Shown one piece after another: positions 8,658 to 24,802 of a stretch of DNA of 64,000 nucleotides. Location: positions 320,001 to 384,000 of the forward strand of contig CAWFDF010000014.1 in the NCBI GenBank assembly GCA_963814585.1. The letters run 5' to 3'. The notes under the pieces are model-generated. The model was not told the origin of the DNA and ran no database searches. It worked only from the letters and a program-made list of their open reading frames with translations. The first letter of the stretch is position 1, and each line of letters begins with the position of its first letter. This DNA comes from an uncultured delta proteobacterium (GTDB lineage: Bacteria > Myxococcota > Myxococcia > Myxococcales > Anaeromyxobacteraceae). The translations under genes and the position numbers were made by a program.

Positions 8658-9479
8658 CTACTTCCTGGAGAGCTTGTCGAGCGCCTCGCGCGCCACCACC
8701 TGCCAGCGGCGCTGCTCCGGCGGATCGGCCTTCCCCGGGACGATGGCGATCGCCCGCTGGTAGGCCGCCAGGGCCTCCTCCTTGCGCCCCTCGTCGAGCA
8801 GCAGGTCGCCCAGGTAGACGTGGGCGCGGACGTTCTCGCCGTTGCGGGCGATGGCGTCGCGCAGGTGCTTCTCGCTGAGCTTGGCGTCGTGCTTCGGCCA
8901 GGGCAGCTCGTAGTAGAAGCGTCCCCAGCTCATGGGGATGAGGCCGGCCTCGAAGCCCGGATCGATCTCCTCGGCGCGAGTGAGCCGCTCCTTGAACTTC
9001 CCCTCGATCCCCTTCATCAGGGCCGAGACCACGCCGATGCCGAGCGAGTAGTTCCCCACCCCGCTCATGGCGAAGAAGTGGCCCTCCACCCGGTCGGGCT
9101 CGAGCTCGCGGGCCTTGTCACCGAGCGTCCAGGCCTGCTTCCCGATGGTGCTCTTCTGCTCCGCGGGCAGCTTCGGCTCCTCGGCCATCCAGGTGAGGTG
9201 GCGCGCCTGACGCCAGAGGACGTCGAAGCTGGCGGGCGCCAGCCGCTCGGCGGCGAGGAGCGCGTCCCCCAGCTCGTCCAGCTTGCCCGGCTGATCGCGG
9301 ACGAGCCAGGCCTCGTCCGCCCTGGCCAGCAGCCTGACGAGCTCGCTCGCCAGGGGCGCCACCGAGGCAGGCAGCGTGCCCTTCTCGGTGGCAGGAGTTG
9401 CGGCAGGATTTGCGGGGGGTCCGGATGGTCCTGGTTCCGCGGCCGTGAGGGCGGCGAGCAACAGGGGAAGCGCGATCAT
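8658..9479 (-). CDS. Secreted tetratricopeptide-repeat protein
   Basis: Signal peptide and TPR-like helices (AHVYLGDLLLDEGRKEEALAAYQRAIAI). Confidence 0.75.
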   Translation of the reverse strand: MIALPLLLAALTAAEPGPSGPPANPAATPATEKGTLPASVAPLASELVRLLARADEAWLVRDQPGKLDELGDALLAAERLAPASFDVLWRQARHLTWMAEEPKLPAEQKSTIGKQAWTLGDKARELEPDRVEGHFFAMSGVGNYSLGIGVVSALMKGIEGKFKERLTRAEEIDPGFEAGLIPMSWGRFYYELPWPKHDAKLSEKHLRDAIARNGENVRAHVYLGDLLLDEGRKEEALAAYQRAIAIVPGKADPPEQRRWQVVAREALDKLSRK

Positions 9480-9560
9480 GGTGCCTACTGTGACCCGTTC
9501 TCAGGCGGCCTGCACGAACTTCCGGCTGCGCCGCCGCCACGCCCTGCTTAGCGCGCTGCG

Positions 9561-11562
9561 TCAACTCCCGCAGACGCAGGTGCCCTTGCGCGGCGCCGGC
9601 TTCCTTCTGGCAGACCCAGGGGGTCTTCCTGACGCCCAGGGCGATCTCGCAGTCGACGGGGCCGTCGCAGCCGCCGGAGGGCACCAGGCCGAGGTAGTCG
9701 GCCGAGTAGGTCTCACCGGGGTTGGCCGTGCAGCGCAGCACCGAGCGGTTGATGTAGATGAACCGGCTGGCCCCGGTCGGGACCTGGTTGTTCAGGTCGC
9801 TGCCGTCGGTGAACCACCAGTCGTAGTCGTCGAGCGCCGCGCCGGTGGTCCCGACCGGCGCCGGGGCGGAGCAGGTCTTCCGGGTCTTGCCGTCGGATCC
9901 CGCGATGCGGAGGATGGTGACCGACGCCGAGGCCGGCTGGGTGGGGAGCTGCAGGCCGGACGGCTGCTTCACCACGTCGGCGACGCGGTTGAGGATGGAG
10001 GAGAAGTCGGGGCCGGTGGCGCCGCCGGGATGGCAGATGGAGCCCACCACCACGTCGGAGCCGATGGTGGTGAAGCTCCCGGCCAGATCGACGAACCGGT
10101 AACCGGCCCCCTGCCCGCCGCAGACGCCGTCGAGCGTGCAGACCGAGGCGGAGCCGGTGCAGACCGTGTCGCAGCAGATGCCGGCCCGGCAGGCCCCGTC
10201 GACGCAGGACTCGCCCGTGGCCGAGACGATGAAGCCGGTCGCCAGCGGCGGGCCGAGCCCGGTGAGGAAGGAGGAGAACTGCTCCAGCGGGTAGCGCTTC
10301 TGCTGGTCGGCCGGGAGCGAGCCGTCGGCCTCGCAGGCGTCGCCGGACAGCGAGAAGATCACCCCCGCGGAGGCGTCCTCGGGCGAGGAGCAGTCGTCCT
10401 CGTCACCGACCCACACCGTCACCAGCTTCGACCTCGGGTGCGGCCACGCCGGCGGCTGGCCGTCGACGTCGTCGGGCTGGGAGAGTCCGTCCTGGCGGAG
10501 CGCCTTCTTCACGGCGCGGCGCGCCGCCTCCAGCCCCTGCTCCTGCCCCGACCCGCAGGTCCCGACCATGACGTTGGCGTTGAACCAGTCGATGCGCCTG
10601 GCGAGCTCGGCGTCGTCGACCACCGGCGGGTCGCAGGTGGCCGGCGCCCCGGCCCCCAGGCAGGCGCAGGCCGAGCCGTCGGCGGTGCGGGTGCAGAACA
10701 GGTCCTTGTCGAAGTGGATGACCCGGGGCTTCGGGCCGACCGGCGACGTGGCGTCGAGCGCCTTCACGAAGTCGCCGCGCGGGTAGAGCGTGGACTCGCC
10801 CGCCGAGATGCCGGGGTTGCACTGGAGCTGGTCGATGGCCCCGGCGCCGTTGCAGCAGTACAGGGCGCCCGCCGCCGCGCCGGTGCAGCCGGTCCTGCAG
10901 GTGTCGCCGTTGCGGCAGTCCTCGTTCCGCAGGCAGCTGCGCGGCCCGTGCGTGTAGGTGTACCGCTGCTGGATCTGGCCGCAGGCCCGGCCCAGCGTGG
11001 CGCAGCCCACCGGGTCGAGGAGCGGGTTGCCGGCCGCGTCGCCGCAGGTCAGCTCGCCGGACAGGCCGACGTTGCCGTCCTTGCAGGTCCAGGGGCCGCC
11101 GGCCCCGGTGCAGTCCGCGCTGCTCGCGCAGGGGCGCGGCGCGGTGAGCGGCTGGTTGGAGAGGGTCTCGCAGCAGACCTGCCCGGCCTTGCCGCCGCAG
11201 CTCGACTGGCAGGTGGCGCCACCCGCGACGGGCCGGTTGAGGAAGACCGAGGTGGTGGTGATGGCGATGTGGAAGTCGATGGGCTCGAGCCCGTTGGTCA
11301 CCCGGACCTGGTTGGTGTCCTTCAGGTTGGTGACGAAGGCGCCGAAGCTCTGCCGCAGCGACTGCTGCTCGCCGCCCATCGACCCCGAGTCGTCGACCAC
11401 GAAGAGGATGTCGGCGGTCGAGATGTCGGAGAGGGTGACGCGCTCGGTGCCCGGCTGGATCAGGCACTGGTTGACCGGGCTGAAGTTGTAGTCCTGGCAG
11501 CCGGCCAGCGCCAGGAGCGCGACGAGCGCGAGCGGGGCGGAGCGGCGTGGGCGGCGCGTCAT
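9561..11562 (-). CDS. Cys-rich vWA-domain lipoprotein (CglB-like architecture); +1 frameshift near the 3' end
   Basis: Lipobox [37 protein letters not shown], many Cys. Removing one base from the ccc at 9583-9585 gives ...AAQGTCVCGS* ending at 9561 and removes the overlap with the TPR gene. Confidence 0.8.
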
Positions 11563-11641
11563 CGAGGTGGCCTCCGAGGAGACGCGATTGTAGCCCCGAA
11601 TCGGTCCGGCACGGAACTGGCCGCCGGCGTCCAGGTGGTCG

Positions 11642-13199
<1,558 letters not shown>

Positions 13200-13218
13200 G
13201 TGGCCCCCGCCGCTCGGC

Positions 13219-14716
<1,498 letters not shown>

Positions 14717-14791
14717 GGCGACCCAGGACGCCGACACCACTCGCCTTTCGGGTTGCGGGCGGCGGCCCGCCGCTCCAATAATCGCCGCCCC

Positions 14792-17098
<2,307 letters not shown>

Positions 17099-17119
17099 CC
17101 GCCGGCGGGACGGCTGCGG

Positions 17120-17788
17120 CTACGGCGGCGCCGGTGGCGGGACGTCGCCGCGGCGCCGGAGCCACCAGCGGATCCCCAGGCCGGCCACCAGCACCAGCAC
17201 CGCGGCCAGGATGTAGTTGCCGAAGCTCGCGGCGTGGCGCGCCGCCTCGCCGATGTTGGAGCCGAAGTAGAAGCCCAGGCAGACCCAGAGCGGCGCCGAG
17301 ACCGCCGCGGCCACGCCGTCGAAGAGCAGGAACTCCCAGTAGGGCAGCTTCGAATGACCCACCGTGAAGTAGGTGGGGGCGCGCAGGCCGGGCAGGAAGC
17401 GGGCGATCATCACCACCACGTTGCCGCGCCGGCGGATCATCTGCTCGGCCTCGGCCAGCCGGGCCGGCGTGATGATCCGGCGCAGGGGCGGGATCTCGGC
17501 GACCCGCGCCCCCAGCTTGCGCCCGGCCCAGAAGATCACGGAGTCGCCCACCAGGATCCCGCCCAGGCCGTACAGCACCATGATGTGGAGGCCGGGGTGG
17601 TGGAGCATGGAGCTGACGGTGACCACCTCCATGTCGCTGCCCATCCAGGCCAGCACGCCGCCGGTGACCAGCACGATGTCCTCGGGCATGGGCAGCCCGA
17701 AGCCGCACAGCACCAGCACGCCGAAGACGGCGGCGTACCCAACGGTCAGGCCGTGGCCGGAGAGCAGGTCGACGAGGCGCTGAAGCAT
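17120..17788 (-). CDS. DedA family membrane protein
   Basis: GLPMPED, GDSVIFWAGR, ARFLPGLR. Confidence 0.92.
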   Translation of the reverse strand: MLQRLVDLLSGHGLTVGYAAVFGVLVLCGFGLPMPEDIVLVTGGVLAWMGSDMEVVTVSSMLHHPGLHIMVLYGLGGILVGDSVIFWAGRKLGARVAEIPPLRRIITPARLAEAEQMIRRRGNVVVMIARFLPGLRAPTYFTVGHSKLPYWEFLLFDGVAAAVSAPLWVCLGFYFGSNIGEAARHAASFGNYILAAVLVLVAGLGIRWWLRRRGDVPPPAPP

Positions 17789-17854
17789 GGAAGGCCGATA
17801 GTCGCCGCACTCCCGGCCGGAGTCCAGCCCGACTCGCCGTCACCGCGCCGGTCG

Positions 17855-18319
17855 TCACTCTCCCAGGGGCTTGCGCGTGGACAGCTCGCGCAGCAGCTCC
17901 CGGTTCTCCCCCACCCGCCCGGCCAGCTCCCCGGCGATGGCCAGCGCCAGCTTGAGGCAGGCCTGGGGCTTCTGCGGCTGCAGCCTGGAGAAGTCGCGCT
18001 GGGTCAGCTCGACGACCTCGCAGGGGACCGCGGCTACCGCGGAGACCAGCCGCGTGCTCTTCGCCAGCAGCCCCAGCGCGCCGAGGTGCTCGCCCGGGCC
18101 CAGCACCGCCAGCTCGCGGTCCCCCTTGGCGTCCTTCTGCGTGATCCGGACCTGCCCGCTCCGGACGATGAAGAGCGACTCGCCGACCATGCCCTCGGCG
18201 AAGAGCGGCACGCCGGCCTCCACGGACTTCTCCACCGCGATGGCGGCGAAGATGCGGATGCCGGTCTCGGTGAACTCCTTGAACAGGGCGCAGCCCTGCA
18301 GGGCCTCGATGACGGTCAT
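17855..18319 (-). CDS. Cyclic-nucleotide-binding domain protein
   Basis: LFAEGMVGESLFIVRSGQVRI, LGPGEHLG, RLVSAVA. Confidence 0.85.
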   Translation of the reverse strand: MTVIEALQGCALFKEFTETGIRIFAAIAVEKSVEAGVPLFAEGMVGESLFIVRSGQVRITQKDAKGDRELAVLGPGEHLGALGLLAKSTRLVSAVAAVPCEVVELTQRDFSRLQPQKPQACLKLALAIAGELAGRVGENRELLRELSTRKPLGE

Positions 18320-18840
18320 GGCCGCCCCTCGGCGCGGTAGCGGGCCGCGTACTCGACGTAGTGCGCCGCCGAGGCGCGCAGGCCGTCCACCTCGGCGTCG
18401 CCGAGCATGCGCCTCACCCGCGCCGGCGCCCCCATCACCAGCGCCCGGGGCGGCACCACCATCCCCGGCGGCACCAGCGCCCCGGCGCCCACCATCGCCT
18501 CCTCCCCCACCACCGCGCCGTCGAGCACGATGGCGCCGATGCCGATGAGGCAGCGGTCCCTCACGGTGCAGCCGTGGAGGACGGCCTGGTGACCGACGGT
18601 CACGTCGTCGCCGATCACCGTGGGGTGGGTCCCGCCGGTGACGTGGACCACCGCCTGGTCCTGGATGTTGGTCCGGGCCCCGATGCGGACGGTGTTCACG
18701 TCGCCGCGGATCACGGCGCCGAACCAGATCGAGGAGCCCGCGCCGAGGACCACGTCACCGACCACCACGCAACCGGTGGCGAGGAACACCGACGGATCGA
18801 TGCGCGGCGACACGCCGCCGAACGCTCTGACCTCAGCCAT
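18316..18840 (-). CDS. Gamma carbonic anhydrase family protein
   Basis: Hexapeptide repeats; RGDVN, TNIQD..VVH, VTVGH.AVLHGC. Confidence 0.93.
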   Translation of the reverse strand: MAEVRAFGGVSPRIDPSVFLATGCVVVGDVVLGAGSSIWFGAVIRGDVNTVRIGARTNIQDQAVVHVTGGTHPTVIGDDVTVGHQAVLHGCTVRDRCLIGIGAIVLDGAVVGEEAMVGAGALVPPGMVVPPRALVMGAPARVRRMLGDAEVDGLRASAAHYVEYAARYRAEGRP

Positions 18841-19271
18841 CAGCGGGCGATGCTAGCCCGCACCCTCCAGCGTCGCAAGATGAGCCACGCCAGCAGCGCG
18901 CCGAGCACGGCGCCGAGGGTGTCCGCCACCCAGTCGGCCAGGTCGGCCGAGCGGCGCGGCACGAACCGCTGGTGGAGCTCGTCGGTGGCGCCGTAGAGGG
19001 AGCCGACGAGGGCGGCCCACCGCGCCGCCCGCGGCAGCGCCACGAGGTGCGAGAGGCTCCAGGTCGCCACCGCCGCGAAAGCCGCGTACTCCACCAGGTG
19101 GAGCAGCTTGTCGTTCAGCCGGCCGGAGAGGTGGGGCAGCGGGTTGGGCAGGCTGGAGAGCCAGAAGATGAGGGCGGCGTAGGCGATGGCCGGGAGCAGC
19201 CAGTAGAGCGCCAGCCACCAGCGCGGGGGCGGGATCTCCGGAGGTTCGCCCGGCGTGGCATCCTGTCTCAT
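18840..19271 (-). CDS. VanZ family membrane protein
   Basis: IFWLSS, DKLLHLVEY, YGATDELHQRFVP.R..D..D..AD; ATG overlaps the miaB TGA. Confidence 0.9.
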   Translation of the reverse strand: MRQDATPGEPPEIPPPRWWLALYWLLPAIAYAALIFWLSSLPNPLPHLSGRLNDKLLHLVEYAAFAAVATWSLSHLVALPRAARWAALVGSLYGATDELHQRFVPRRSADLADWVADTLGAVLGALLAWLILRRWRVRASIAR

Positions 19272-20677
19272 GCCGCCTCGCCGGCCCGACCCAGCAGCTG
19301 GCCGGTCAGCGAGGCCCGGCCGGCGCGCACCACCCTCACCCGGACCAGCGCGCCGGTAGGGGCCTCGTCGGGCGTGGCGGCGACGTGGACCATGCGGTTC
19401 TCGGGGGTCCGGCCGTAGCGCCGCACGCCGTCCTCGCCGGTCCCCTCCACCAGGACCTCCACCTCCCGCCCCAGCTCGGCCCGCATCCCCTCGGCGGTGA
19501 TGGACCGCTGCACCGCCAGCAGCCGCTCCAGCCGCTGCAGCGCGACCGGGCGGGCCACCTCCGCCCACTCCGGCGCGCTCCCCAGGCGGCGCTCGGCCAC
19601 GGTGTGCGGGCGCGGGCTGAAGACGAAGGAGAAGGAGTTCTCGAAGCCGGCCCGGCGCAGGAGCGCCAGCGACCCCTCGAAGTCGGTCTCGGTCTCGCCC
19701 GGGAAGCCGACGATGAAGTCGGTGGTGATGGCCATCCCCGGCCTCGCCTCCACCAGGGCGTCGTGGCGGGCCAGGTACTCGTCCACGGTGTAGTCGCGCC
19801 GCATGCGCGACAGCACGGCGTCCGAGCCGGACTGCACCGGCAGGTGGAAGTGCCCCATCACCTTCGGCTCGTCCCGGAAGACCGCCACCAGCTCGTCGGA
19901 GAGGTCGTGGGGGTGGCTGGTGGTGAAGCGGACCCGGAGGATGCCGTCGACGGCCGCCACCCGGCGCAGCAGCGCGGCGAACGAGGCGCCGCCCCGGTAC
20001 GAGTTGACGTTCTGCCCGATGAGCGTGACCTCGCGGACGCCGACCCCGGCCAGCCTGGCGCACTCGGCCACCACCTCGTCGACGGGGCGGGAGACCTCCC
20101 GGCCGCGGGTGTGCGGCACCACGCAGAAGGCGCAGACGTTGTCGCACCCCTTCATGACGGTGACGAAGGCGGTGGCCCGTCCCCGGGCCGCCTCTGCGTC
20201 GGCGCCCGGAAAGAGGTACGCCTCCGAGTCCATCCAGCCGGTCTCGGCGAACCGCTCCAGCCCGGCGGCCCGCTCCAGCAGCTCGGGCAACCGGCCGAGG
20301 TTGTCGGGGCCGAAGACGAAGTCGATGGCCGGGACCAGCTTGAGCAGCCGCTCCTTCTCCTGCTGGGCCACGCAGCCCGCCACGGCGATGAGGGAGCCGC
20401 GGCGGGCCTTCACCGCCCGGTAGCGCCCCAGCGCCGAGAGCAGCTTCTGCTCCGCCTTGTCCCGGATGGCGCAGGTGTTGAGCAGGATCAGGTCGGCCTC
20501 GTCGGCGCTGCCGGCACGGGCGTAGCCGTGGCGCCCCAGCAGCTCGGCCATCCGGTCGGAGTCCGACTCGTTCATCTGGCAGCCGAAGGTGTGGACGAAC
20601 ACCCGGCGCGCCCCCTCCAGCGGGCTGGACGGGGGCGCCGGGGCGGCGCGCTGACCGAGGTGGATGAGCTCGTTCAC
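19268..20677 (-). CDS. miaB: tRNA-2-methylthio-N6-dimethylallyladenosine synthase
   Basis: TFGCQMNESDS, NTCAIR, GCDNVCAFCVVP, GQNVNSY, HLPVQSGS, IVGFPGET, TRAM-like C-terminus; GTG start preceded by TTGACG-17-TACCTT (20687-20715). Confidence 0.95.
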   Translation of the reverse strand: MNELIHLGQRAAPAPPSSPLEGARRVFVHTFGCQMNESDSDRMAELLGRHGYARAGSADEADLILLNTCAIRDKAEQKLLSALGRYRAVKARRGSLIAVAGCVAQQEKERLLKLVPAIDFVFGPDNLGRLPELLERAAGLERFAETGWMDSEAYLFPGADAEAARGRATAFVTVMKGCDNVCAFCVVPHTRGREVSRPVDEVVAECARLAGVGVREVTLIGQNVNSYRGGASFAALLRRVAAVDGILRVRFTTSHPHDLSDELVAVFRDEPKVMGHFHLPVQSGSDAVLSRMRRDYTVDEYLARHDALVEARPGMAITTDFIVGFPGETETDFEGSLALLRRAGFENSFSFVFSPRPHTVAERRLGSAPEWAEVARPVALQRLERLLAVQRSITAEGMRAELGREVEVLVEGTGEDGVRRYGRTPENRMVHVAATPDEAPTGALVRVRVVRAGRASLTGQLLGRAGEAA

Positions 20678-20759
20678 GGCGGCGGCAAGGTATGGAACCG
20701 GCGAGGGCGCGTCAAGGCACCCCGGGGCTCCCGGGAGGCGGCCTCCCCGGATCCGGGGC

Positions 20760-22163
20760 TCAGGCCCGGGGCAACAGCGCCTCGGCCAGGCCCTCCAGCT
20801 CGGCGAGGCTGGTGACCACCGCCACCCGGTCGCAGCTGGCCGCATACCGGGCCATCTCCCCGTCGCCCTGCTCCCACCTCGACCGCGGCTCCGGGCAGAT
20901 CCAGAGCAGCCGGCGGGCGCGGCGGCGAACCTCGTCGAGCACCCAGGCCTGCGGCGGCGCGTAGTTGGTGCGGCCGTCGCCGATGACGATCACGGTGGTC
21001 CGGCGCGTCACCGCGGCGAGGTGGTGGCGATGGAAGAGGCGGAGGGCCCGGCCGTAGTCGGAGTTGCCCAGCAGGGGGATGGTGCCGGACGCCACCGCCA
21101 GCTCGGCGGCCCGGGCCGGCTCCCGGGCCAGTCGCAGCGGCTTGGTCACCTCCCCCAGCTCGGAGACGAAGATGAAGGTCCGCGCCTGGCGCGCCCGGCC
21201 GTGCAGGATGCCGAGGAAGAGGAGCATGAGGCGCGAGACGTGGCGCATCGACTGCGACACGTCGCAGAGGATGACCAGGTCGGTTCGCTCCCGCCGCCGA
21301 TCGCGGAAGCAGAGCCGGGCCGGGACGCCGTCGAGCGCCAGGTTGAGGCGAAGCGTCCGCCGCACCGCCAGCGCGCCTCGCCGGGTGGACCGCTGGCGCC
21401 TCTCCAGCCGGGCCTTGAGCCGCTCGGCCAGCCGCCGCACCGCCTGCTCCACCCGGCGCGCCTCGGCGGGCGAGTACGGTGCCGTCCCCGGCCCCGGCAG
21501 CGCATCGGCCCGCCGGGCCTGTTCGCGCTTCGTCAGCTCGGCCTCGGCGAAGTCCCGCGCCGCGCGCTCCACCCCCTCGAACGCCTGGCGCAGCGCCCCG
21601 GAGAGGACGTCGAGCTTCGCCACGTCCAGCCCGCTCTCCCGCAGCGCCGCCTCGGCGGCGGCCCGATCGGCCGCCAGCCCGTCACCACCGGCAGCCTGCA
21701 GCAGCCGCCGGGCCGCGAAGCCGCCGTGGGCCTCGAACAGGAGCGGCAGCTCGATCCGGAGCGCGGCGGCGCGCAGCAGCCGGTGGAGCGCCAGCCGGTC
21801 CCCGCGGGTGGCCGCCTCGCCCAGCGGCCCCATCGCCGCCGCCGCCCGGCCCAGCTGGCGGATCACCATCTCCAGCTCGTCGCCCTCCAGCAGCCCGGCC
21901 TCGCGGATCCGGTCGAGCAGCGACCGCTCGGCCGCCTCGACGGAGCGCCCCAGCGCCGAGAAGTGGAGGTCGAAGAGCGCCTCGAAGGTGGGCACGTCGG
22001 CGGCCCGCTTCACCAGGGTGGCGCGCAGGGCGGCCCGCAGCGCCGCGCGCTCGGCCACGCCGGTCAGGGCCGCCGCAGCCACGGCGTCGCCGATCTCGGC
22101 GGTCGAGGCACGGACGCCGTTCCGCCGGAGCAGGCGGGCGAACTGGAGCAGGTGGGACTCCAC
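20760..22163 (-). CDS. CoxE-like VWA-domain protein
   Basis: FARLLRRNGV, LRATLVK, LCDVSQSM, GNSDYG, IGDGRTNY, WICPEP. Confidence 0.85.
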   Translation of the reverse strand: MESHLLQFARLLRRNGVRASTAEIGDAVAAAALTGVAERAALRAALRATLVKRAADVPTFEALFDLHFSALGRSVEAAERSLLDRIREAGLLEGDELEMVIRQLGRAAAAMGPLGEAATRGDRLALHRLLRAAALRIELPLLFEAHGGFAARRLLQAAGGDGLAADRAAAEAALRESGLDVAKLDVLSGALRQAFEGVERAARDFAEAELTKREQARRADALPGPGTAPYSPAEARRVEQAVRRLAERLKARLERRQRSTRRGALAVRRTLRLNLALDGVPARLCFRDRRRERTDLVILCDVSQSMRHVSRLMLLFLGILHGRARQARTFIFVSELGEVTKPLRLAREPARAAELAVASGTIPLLGNSDYGRALRLFHRHHLAAVTRRTTVIVIGDGRTNYAPPQAWVLDEVRRRARRLLWICPEPRSRWEQGDGEMARYAASCDRVAVVTSLAELEGLAEALLPRA

Positions 22164-22275
22164 CTCGAGAGTCTAGACCCGCGCGGCGGAGATGCCGAGC
22201 CGGTGCCGTGGCGCGGCGCGCGGGAAGGCGCCCTGGGGCTTGCCCCGGCGCTCGCGCTAGGCTTCACTCCACGGC

Positions 22276-23467
22276 GTGAGCCCTGCCACCACCTCGCGCG
22301 TCGGCCTGCCGCTGCTGGCCGCCGCCTGGCTGGGCTGCGTGACCCGCCCGGAGGCCCGCCCCGAGGCCGGATCCACCGCCACGCCCGCTCCCTCGGCCAT
22401 GGTCGAGGACCTGCCCCGGCGCCCTCCGGCCGCCCTGGCGGTCGAACGGGAGCTGGCCCGCCTCACGCTGGAGGAGAAGGTGGCCCAGCTGGTGATCGCC
22501 TTCGCCCCGACGGGCGACGGGCCCATCCGGCAAGGCGGGGTCATCCTCCTGGGCAAGGCGCTGCGCGATCCCGCCACGCTGCGGGCGCGGGTCGAGGCGC
22601 TGCAGCGGCGGGCCCGGCATCCGCTGCTGGTGGCGGTCGACCTGGAGGGGGGCGGGCTGAACCGGCTCAAGGCGCTGCCGACCCTCGCCGCCTTCCCCTC
22701 GGCCAGGGAGATGGGCGAGGAGGGGGACTGGGAGGCCGAGGCCTGGGGGCGGCGGGCCGGGCTCGACCTCGCTGCTCTCGGCGTCAACACCAGCCTCGGC
22801 CCGGTGCTCGACCTGGCCTCCACCGGGTTCATGGCCGAGACCGGTCGCTCCCTGGGCGACGACCCGATCCGGGTGGCCCGGCTGGCGCGCGCCTTCGCCC
22901 GTGGCCTCTCCTCGGCCGGCATCCTCGCCATCGGGAAGCACTACCCGGGCTACGGGCCTGCCGTGGGCTCCAGCGACAGGGCGCTCCTCCACGTCGACCA
23001 ATCGCCCCAGGAGATCGCGCGCCACCAGGCCACCTTTGTGGCCGCCGGCGACGTCCTGGCCGGGGTGATGCTCGCCAACGTCGCCTTCACCGCCTATGGC
23101 GACGTGCCCGCCATCCTCTCGCCGGAGCTGGTGGCCCGCGCCCACCTCTCTGGCTTCCTCGCCGTCACCGACGACCTGGCCGTCCCGTCCCTGCTCGAGG
23201 CCACCGGCGGCGACGCGGCCGAGCTCTGGCGTCGCGCCTTCCTCGCCGGCAACGACCTGCTCCTCACCACGGCGCCGTGCGAGTGGCCTGGGGCTCCCGA
23301 TCCCAGGGCGGTGCTGGTGGACCTGGTGCGTGCCCGCCCCGAGCTGGGCCCGAGGCTCGACGGGAGCGTCCGCCGCGTGCTGGCCGCCAAGGCCCGGGTC
23401 GGACTGGGCGCGGCGCCTGCGCAGGCTCCGGATACTCGCAGGAGAAAGTCCGCCAGCCGGACTCTGA
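22276..23467 (+). CDS. Glycoside hydrolase family 3 (NagZ-like) lipoprotein; 3' end probably frameshifted
   Basis: Lipobox-like AWLGC, TLEEKVAQL, AVDLEGG, GPVLD, RSLGDDP, KHYPGYG, TDDL, AGNDLLL. No stop in frame; removing one g at 23406-23408 gives TGA at 23465-23467. Confidence 0.8.
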
Positions 23468-23528
23468 GTCAACCAGACTCCCTGGCGGAGGAAGTCACAT
23501 CCGGGTCGCCCGTTCGCCCATCTGGTCG

Positions 23529-24780
23529 ATGGCAACGCTGGTTCGACCGCTCTTCATCGGCCTCTTCCTCCTCTCGCAGGCGGTCGACCTCGGGCTCATC
23601 GCGCTCAACCTCTGGCGGGCCTCGAGGGCGCGCGGCGTCCCTCCCGAGCTCAAGGGGCTGGTTCCGCGCCGGGAGGCCGAGCGGGCGCGCCGCCTGGCCG
23701 TCTCCACCGGTCGGCACGCGCTGGTCCGCGGCCTGGTGGAGGCCGGCGGCATGGCCTGGCTCCTCTTCGGTGGCGCGCTCCCCTGGCTCGACCGACAGCT
23801 GGTGGCCGCTGGGCTGGAGGGAGCCCATCTCTTCGTCGTCTTCGTCGCCGCGGTGCCGGTGGGGCTGGTCCTGCTCGACCTGCCGTTCGCCTGGTGGCGC
23901 GCCCGGGCCGTCGAACGGCCCAGCGGCCTCGGCCAGGCGCGGCTCGCCCCGGTCCTCGCCGGGCGGGCCCGCTCCCAGGCCCTCTGCGCGCTGCGGGTGC
24001 TGCCGCTGCTCTACGCCGCGTGGGCCATCCTCGAGCACGGCGGCGCCGCCGGGTGGCTCTGGCTCTTCGCCGCCGTGGCCTCGCTGCAGCTCGTCCTGCA
24101 GTGGCTCTGGCCGTCGGTGGTGGCCTCCCGGCTCGCCGACGCCCGCCCCGTCACCGGCGGCCCACTCCCGGACCGGCTGGAGGCCCTGGCCGACGCGGCC
24201 GGCCTCCGGACCGCCGGAGTCTACGTGGTCGAGGCCTCGCGCCGCTCGGGCCACGCCAACGCCTGCCTGGTCGGGACTCTTCCGCCCGCGGGTCCTGCTC
24301 GACGACACCCTGCTGGCCCACCTCACGCTGGAGGAGGTCGCGGCGGTCACCGCCCACGAGATCGGTCACCACCGGCTCCGGCACCACGCGCAGCGGCTGG
24401 GCGTCTCGCTGGTGGGGACCTTCGCGGTGCTGGCGCTGACCGCCTCCTTCCTCTCGTGGGCGCCGCTCTACCAGGCGTTCGGCTTCGCCGGGCCCTCCCT
24501 CCACGCCGGCGTGGCGCTGGCCTCCCTCTCGGTGGGCACGCTGGCCTTCTGGGTGACCCCGATCACCGCCGCCTGGTCCCGCCGCCAGGAGAAGGCGGCC
24601 GACGCCTACGCGGTGCGGCTCTTCGGGCGGGTGGGCGCGCTGGCCTCGGCGCTGCAGCGGCTCTCCGAGCGGAACCTCGCCAACCCCTGGCCTCACCCGT
24701 GGTACGCGGCCTGGAAGTTCAGCCACCCGCCCCTGGCGGAGCGGCTGGTGGCGATGGTCCGCGCGGCCGACGCCCGCTGA
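23529..24780 (+). CDS. M48 (Ste24-like) zinc metalloprotease; +1 frameshift near 24274
   Basis: MATLVRPLFIG...ASRRSGHANA then LFRPRVLLDDTLL, AHEIGH, EKAAD, SHPPLAER; joined by deleting one g of ggg 24273-24275. Confidence 0.88.
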
Positions 24781-24802
24781 CCGGAGGCTGGCGGGATCCG
24801 GC

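Noticed and set aside
22276..24780. Apparent GH3-M48 protease fusion ORF of 834 aa
   Set aside because: The middle section is out-of-frame nonsense while the protease N-terminus is in another frame; explained by +1 indels.
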